Virus record (IMG/VR): IMGVR_UViG_3300027980_000082
Location: 1 to 31,034 of that record
Source: a virus
Lineage: Duplodnaviria > Caudoviricetes
Direction: 5' to 3' (one strand)
DNA length: 31,034 nucleotides
Numbering within the stretch: the stretch's first letter is position 1; the number at the start of each line of letters is the position of its first letter. A model generated the notes under the pieces. That model saw only the letters and a program-made list of their open reading frames with translations, was not told the DNA's origin and made no database searches. Shown here in pieces: positions 27,182-31,034 of this stretch. Position numbers and translations under genes: made by a program.

Positions 27182-27242
27182 GGGCTGCATATCTTAATGT
27201 TTATTGCTCATTTTGAATTGTCCAAACCAAGGTGTGCAGCCC
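27182..27242 (+). ncRNA. Candidate structured RNA: 14-bp stem with 33-nt loop
   Basis: GGGCTGCATATCTT pairs with AAGGTGTGCAGCCC through two U-G wobbles; no U-tail. Confidence 0.45.
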
Positions 27243-27256
27243 ATTAAAAAACGCAT

Positions 27257-27556
27257 ATGACACAAGGCGAAGTAATCAAGCGAATTATTAAATCAAGAGG
27301 TTTATCCAATGCTGAAGTAGCAAGAATTGCTGGTATTGAAAGGATGTATATTACCAACATAACACAGGGTACATTGAAAGGCGGTAAAAAGTATGATGCA
27401 TTGTTAAAAGCTCTTAATGTACCAAATCAAATTATCATGTTTAAAACTTTGGTAGTTGAAAATATTGAAGATCCTGCACAGAAAACATTAATGGAAAAGA
27501 TTTATGCAGGAATGATTGCAGAACTTGATATTGTGTTTAACTGCAAAATTGATTGA
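27257..27556 (+). CDS. XRE/Cro-like HTH regulator
   Basis: IKRIIKSRGLSNAEVARIAGIERMYITNITQG...LLKALNV. Confidence 0.8.
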   Translation: MTQGEVIKRIIKSRGLSNAEVARIAGIERMYITNITQGTLKGGKKYDALLKALNVPNQIIMFKTLVVENIEDPAQKTLMEKIYAGMIAELDIVFNCKID

Positions 27557-27560
27557 ATCA

Positions 27561-28274
27561 ATGAAATACACAGTATTCATAAATCAGAAAGCAGTTATTG
27601 ATAATGATTTTGATTTGGATTTTAATGATATGGCAATCTTTGACTTAATGAAGGATGCATCAAACGGTCCTAGAATTAAAAAAATGTTCTTTGATGATTG
27701 TACATATTATGAATTCAGATGGAAATGGATCATTCAACAATTGCCTATGCTAAAAATAAAGACAAGGCAGGGGATTAATAAAAGAATTCAAAAATTGATT
27801 GATGCAGAAATTGTTATTGGATATCCAAATAATAGTGCTGAAAACACTGCATTCTTTAGGTTTGGAAGAAACTATGAATTATTCATTTATGCTGATGCAA
27901 AACGTGTAAACAAAAACTTACAACCTGTAAACGAAAGTTACCAAACGTGTAAACAAGAATTTACACAACCTGTAAACGAAAGTTTACACAATAAGAAAAT
28001 AAATAATAAGAATAATAAAACAAGTAAGTTTATTGCACCAACAGAATCTGAAGTAATTGAATATTTCAAAGAACATGGACAAACTGTTGAATTAGCAAAA
28101 AAGGCTTTCAAACATTATCAAATTGGTGAATGGCATGATGCCAATGGCAGGAAGGTAAAAAACTGGAAACAGAAAATGCATACTAATTGGTTTAAGGATA
28201 AAAAGACTATATTAAATCAAGGTTCTTTGTTTCAAGAATCAACAGTTTCAAATTATTCATTGACAGATGACTAA
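27561..28274 (+). CDS. Phage replication initiator (lambda O-like organisation)
   Basis: N-terminal wHTH (LPMLKIKTRQGINKRIQKL), central iteron-coded linker, C-terminal FIAPTESEV..YF...W.DANGRKVKNWK domain; ATG at 27561. Confidence 0.8.
   Translation: MKYTVFINQKAVIDNDFDLDFNDMAIFDLMKDASNGPRIKKMFFDDCTYYEFRWKWIIQQLPMLKIKTRQGINKRIQKLIDAEIVIGYPNNSAENTAFFRFGRNYELFIYADAKRVNKNLQPVNESYQTCKQEFTQPVNESLHNKKINNKNNKTSKFIAPTESEVIEYFKEHGQTVELAKKAFKHYQIGEWHDANGRKVKNWKQKMHTNWFKDKKTILNQGSLFQESTVSNYSLTDD
27900..28020 (+). repeat. Replication origin: four iterons plus AT-rich tract
   Basis: TGTAAAC at 27905, 27926, 27948 and 27971, alternating AAACGTGTAAACAA / ACAACCTGTAAACGAAAGTT; followed by A-rich 27991-28020. 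Confidence 0.8.
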
Positions 28275-29127
28275 AAATAACTTAATTAGCAAAGAAGATT
28301 ATATAAAGCCAAAGCAAAGCAGGTATTATGTGCCTAAGATAAATAAGAAGCTAACACAAAACGCTATGAATAAAACAACCAGATACATACAGACAATGAA
28401 ACCACTTTATGGTGAAAAATATGTGGTTGAGGCAAATAAGGTATTAAACATTGCAGAATCAATTGAAACCCAATTTACAATGCAAGTTGAAGCACCTGAA
28501 GCGCATAAAATGGCAATCCGTGTAAATTCATATCTTGAACAAGAAGCAAAAGAATGTGGAACAAAGTTTAAACCGATTGATTATGAAGTTGTATTAAAGA
28601 TTCTTGAAAAGAATAGAAATGTGTATAGGAATCTGTTGTTTTATTTTCGCGGTTATGAATCTGGTGCATACTCTGTTGATAAAGGGATATACATACATGG
28701 TGGTACAGGTTCAGGAAAAACATTAGTAATGCAGGTGTTTAAAGAGTACACAAAAAAATGCTTACAGCAAAATTCATTTAGAAAGGTTCAGTGTTCAGAT
28801 ATTTCTGATAAGGCAATTAAGCGTGGTATTGATGCAATGGATGAATTTATAAGAACACCTGTGACACATATTCCAATCAACATGTACATTGAGGATTTTG
28901 GGGCAAGTGCCAAACATGTAAAATGGATGGGAAACAACATTGAGCCAATGGGTGAGTTAATTATGAGGCGTTACCGGTATTATGAGAAGTATGGAACATT
29001 AACACATGTATGCACTAACATCAAGCCTGAAGATATATCAAAGCATTTTGATCCACGCGTTAGTTCAAGGATAAATAAGATGTTTAACTTTATTAATTTT
29101 CATGGTTTTGATTGGCGTAAGATTTAA
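28267..29127 (+). CDS. DnaC/IstB-like AAA+ ATPase (helicase loader)
   Basis: GGTGSGKT Walker A, MYIEDFG Walker B, HVCTN, RVSSRINKM; follows the initiator. Confidence 0.82.
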   Translation: MTKNNLISKEDYIKPKQSRYYVPKINKKLTQNAMNKTTRYIQTMKPLYGEKYVVEANKVLNIAESIETQFTMQVEAPEAHKMAIRVNSYLEQEAKECGTKFKPIDYEVVLKILEKNRNVYRNLLFYFRGYESGAYSVDKGIYIHGGTGSGKTLVMQVFKEYTKKCLQQNSFRKVQCSDISDKAIKRGIDAMDEFIRTPVTHIPINMYIEDFGASAKHVKWMGNNIEPMGELIMRRYRYYEKYGTLTHVCTNIKPEDISKHFDPRVSSRINKMFNFINFHGFDWRKI

Positions 29128-29134
29128 TTATTTA

Positions 29135-29275
29135 CTAACGTCGGGCGGTAAATTCAGTTCAGCCCTGCATTTGAGGAACGAAAATGAATAAAGGGCTTAA
29201 TTGGATTTAATGTTTGTTAGGATTACGTCCGATCGATCGACCACGAAAGTAAATAGAAACACCGCCCGACGTTAG
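29135..29275. repeat. attC-like element 1
   Basis: Perfect 15-bp IR CTAACGTCGGGCGGT / ACCGCCCGACGTTAG with inner stem TAAATTCAGTTCAGCCCT / AGGGCTTAATTGGATTTA. Confidence 0.8.
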
Positions 29276-29312
29276 GGCTTATTTTTAACATTGGGAATTT
29301 AAAATTTATATC

Positions 29313-29540
29313 ATGAAAATATTTGGAAAACACATAAGAAGAGCAAAAACAATCCGAAAAATATTACAATCAAGGCCAGTAGATTATCAGTACTTTGATC
29401 GTTTATTGACAATATATGAATGCAGGCTATTCGGATTGTGTATTTATAGAACCACTCATTCGTTCGATAAACTTAAATATAAATTTATAAATGGAGATGT
29501 TAATAGTGAGAGAGGAACGAGCGATCGTATTAAGCCCTAA
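29313..29540 (+). CDS. Cassette-borne hypothetical protein
   Basis: 75 aa; stop codon TAA lies inside CCCTAAC. Confidence 0.65.
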   Translation: MKIFGKHIRRAKTIRKILQSRPVDYQYFDRLLTIYECRLFGLCIYRTTHSFDKLKYKFINGDVNSERGTSDRIKP

Positions 29541-29835
29541 CGGTTTGGTATATGAACTGAAATTAAAATTTTTTAAGCGATGGATGATTTAAATAAAGAA
29601 CTAGCAATTTACAATGATAAAGTAGGTGAAATATTAGTAACTGAACAAGGGCAGAAGTTTAAGATACTCAGCCGAACTAAAACAACATTAACAATTGAAC
29701 CATGCAGCGAATTATTATGCATAAAGGAATACAATATGGATAAACAACAGGAATTAACCACTTTTATAAAAGATGGTAAGATTGTGATCGAAACGAGCGG
29801 GTAGGCAATTTTAATTTTTGTTTATGTACCGTGTT
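29539..29835. repeat. attC-like element 2 (loop holds ORF 29580-29804)
   Basis: AACGGTTTGGTATATGAACTGAAATTAAAATT pairs with AATTTTAATTTTTGTTTATGTACCGTGTT. Confidence 0.78.
29580..29804 (+). CDS. Hypothetical protein nested in attC-like loop
   Basis: 74-aa ORF enclosed by the element 2 arms. Confidence 0.65.
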   Translation: MDDLNKELAIYNDKVGEILVTEQGQKFKILSRTKTTLTIEPCSELLCIKEYNMDKQQELTTFIKDGKIVIETSG

Positions 29836-30000
29836 GTATTGAGCACAGCGGCGTTTTAATGCAATACAACGGTTTGAATATGTTGCGTGGCGAATTAACC
29901 CACTTAAATAACAACGAAGCACTGACGTAGTTTTCTTTTCTTTTTGTGCGTTGGCAAACAATTTTAGAATAAAATTAAGTATTTACTGAAAAAAATTGTT

Positions 30001-30038
30001 AAAACACTTGCATTGCATTAAGTATATGCTTATATTTA
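30001..30038 (+). promoter_or_regulatory. Promoter inside element 3
   Basis: AAAACACTTGCA identical to 26670; TATATTTA near-consensus -7 at 30031-30038. Confidence 0.55.
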
Positions 30039-30061
30039 CACTATAATTAAAAACAAACAAG

Positions 30062-30283
30062 ATGAATATACAGGCTAAAGAACTTAAAACAGGGATGACA
30101 GTAAGAAATGGATATTGGACTGTTGATGTTGAGAATATTACAGAAGGTAAGCTGAAAAACGGAAAAAAGACTTTTACTATAAGCGGTAAAGGCGTGATGA
30201 AATATACAGCAAGTAATAAAACTCGAAACTACGACTTAGTTGAATTTACTTTTAAGGAAAATACCAAAGTAGACGTAATATGA
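30062..30283 (+). CDS. Small beta-rich hypothetical protein
   Basis: 73 aa, IQAKELKTGMTV start, A-rich initiation region. Confidence 0.7.
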   Translation: MNIQAKELKTGMTVRNGYWTVDVENITEGKLKNGKKTFTISGKGVMKYTASNKTRNYDLVEFTFKENTKVDVI

Positions 30284-30627
30284 AAATACAAGAACTAAAA
30301 AAAGAAACTGGGCTAACTCAAAAAGACATAGCCCAGTTTTTTAACATGACTTACGGAGCATTTGCTAATAGTAGTGCAAAAGAACGCTATGAAAATGCAC
30401 TATGTAATTTTTACTCCTTTTTGAGGGGAGAAAAAGAAAAGAAAACGGGCGAACAGCACGAACCTAACAACGAAGCAAAAAGCCAGCCATGCAATATATA
30501 CGATGTTAGCTTTAGCGAGGAACGAGCGGAGGTTTGCACTTGTCAAGACCCTGAGAATGGTTTTAAAAGCAACGACTGCCCGATACACCATTGGAAGTAT
30601 GATAATAGCTTATTTAAGCAAACTTAA
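30280..30627 (+). CDS. HTH protein fused in frame to a cassette-encoded Cys/His peptide
   Basis: IQELKKETGLTQKDIAQFFNMT HTH; reads through GAT-GTT-AGC at 30502-30510 into CTC...CPIH. Confidence 0.7.
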   Translation: MKIQELKKETGLTQKDIAQFFNMTYGAFANSSAKERYENALCNFYSFLRGEKEKKTGEQHEPNNEAKSQPCNIYDVSFSEERAEVCTCQDPENGFKSNDCPIHHWKYDNSLFKQT

Positions 30628-30631
30628 AGCT

Positions 30632-30752
30632 AACGGTTACAGATATACACAGTTCGGATTAAATAACAATAACTTAAATAATAGATAAAATGAATGAAAA
30701 TGCAGAAAATTCAAATGAAACTCAGGAATCCGAATTGGGTATATCTGATGTT
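30632..30752. repeat. attC-like element 4 (loop holds initiation region and ATG)
   Basis: AACGGTTACAGATATACACAGTTCGGATT pairs with AATCCGAATTGGGTATATCTGATGTT. Confidence 0.82.
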
Positions 30753-30899
30753 AGAACACGTAATTTTATGATACGTGATAGAGCAAGATTAATGAAAGAA
30801 AGTTACACTAATTTAGGAAAAAGAGATACAGAATGGGAAAAAGAATATTACAAAGGAGTACTTACACTGATTGATGATATAATGAAATTGACTGAGTGA
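30690..30899 (+). CDS. Hypothetical protein starting in the element 4 loop and finishing in the next cassette
   Basis: MNENAENSNETQESELGISD-V-RTRNFM..., GTT at 30750 in frame. Confidence 0.7.
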   Translation: MNENAENSNETQESELGISDVRTRNFMIRDRARLMKESYTNLGKRDTEWEKEYYKGVLTLIDDIMKLTE

Positions 30900-31004
30900 T
30901 TATGTGTTCTAACTAGCTCTTACATACATTCCATATAAAAAGCAAGTAATCAAATAATTAAAACAGCATAATTGTGCAGTAAACTAATTTTTGAACAAAA
31001 TAAA

Positions 31005-31034
31005 ATGAACAAAATACAAACCATTTCAGACATC
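31005..31034 (+). CDS. Partial ORF running off the window (MNKIQTISDI...)
   Basis: ATG after A-rich AACAAAATAAA; only 10 codons visible, product cannot be called. Confidence 0.45.
   Translation, partial: MNKIQTISDI

Larger units (their letters stand above)
29868..30507. repeat. attC-like element 3 (loop holds a promoter and two gene starts)
   Basis: AACGGTTTGAATATGTTGCGTGGC pairs with GCCATGCAATATATACGATGTT; inner IR GTTTTCTTTTCTTTTT / AAAAAGAAAAGAAAAC. Confidence 0.75.
29135..30913. mobile_element. Integron-like cassette array with attC-like inverted repeats
   Basis: Four AAC...GTT fold-back elements alternate with four segments whose ends are mutually complementary (GTTAGGGCTTA/TAAGCCCTAAC, GTTGTATTG/CAATACAAC, GTTAGCTTTA/TAAAGCTAAC, GTTAGAACACGTAAT/ATTATGTGTTCTAAC). 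Confidence 0.75.

Noticed and set aside
29764-29961. 65-aa minus-strand ORF across elements 2 and 3
   Set aside because: Runs through repeat arms and overlaps a + strand gene; likely chance
30400-30688. Alternative ORFs 30400-30591 (-) and 30503-30688 (+)
   Set aside because: Both overlap the better-supported 30280-30627 frame; the ATG at 30503 lies inside the repeat arm without an A-rich initiation region
29135-30913. CRISPR array
   Set aside because: Repeats are inverted and divergent rather than identical direct repeats; intervening lengths vary from 20 to about 600 bp; no cas genes
1-31034. Tailocin, eCIS or gene transfer agent; tRNA, rRNA, integrase or IS
   Set aside because: Head, packaging and replication modules are present, so this is a phage; no tRNA, rRNA, transposase or integrase is recognisable within the window

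Overview
The window is a ~31-kb, AT-rich, almost entirely + strand segment of a tailed phage or prophage. A Bacteroidota host is inferred from TAnnTTTG-type promoters and A-rich start regions without Shine-Dalgarno sites. Gene order is: lambda-type packaging and head module (TerS, a LAGLIDADG-like insert, GpA-type TerL, gpW-like, portal, S49 protease with nested scaffold, decoration, major capsid), Mu-like contractile tail (sheath, tube, frameshifted chaperone, tape measure, gp46/47/48-like wedge, but no recognisable hub or spike), mosaic fibre plus SGNH esterase, lysis cassette (GH108 endolysin, holins), RecE-like nuclease, and a lambda-O-like initiator with iterons plus a DnaC-like ATPase. 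The most unusual part is 29135-30913, an integron-like cassette array. Long imperfect inverted repeats (AAC...GTT, attC-like) alternate with cassettes bounded by complementary GTTRR.../...YYAAC ends. Unlike classical attC sites, the loops carry whole genes, a promoter or start codons, and ORFs read in frame through the GTT core into the next cassette, so recombination could shuffle protein N- and C-terminal modules. No recombinase gene is visible in the window. All product calls come from motif and synteny recognition only, with no database searches.
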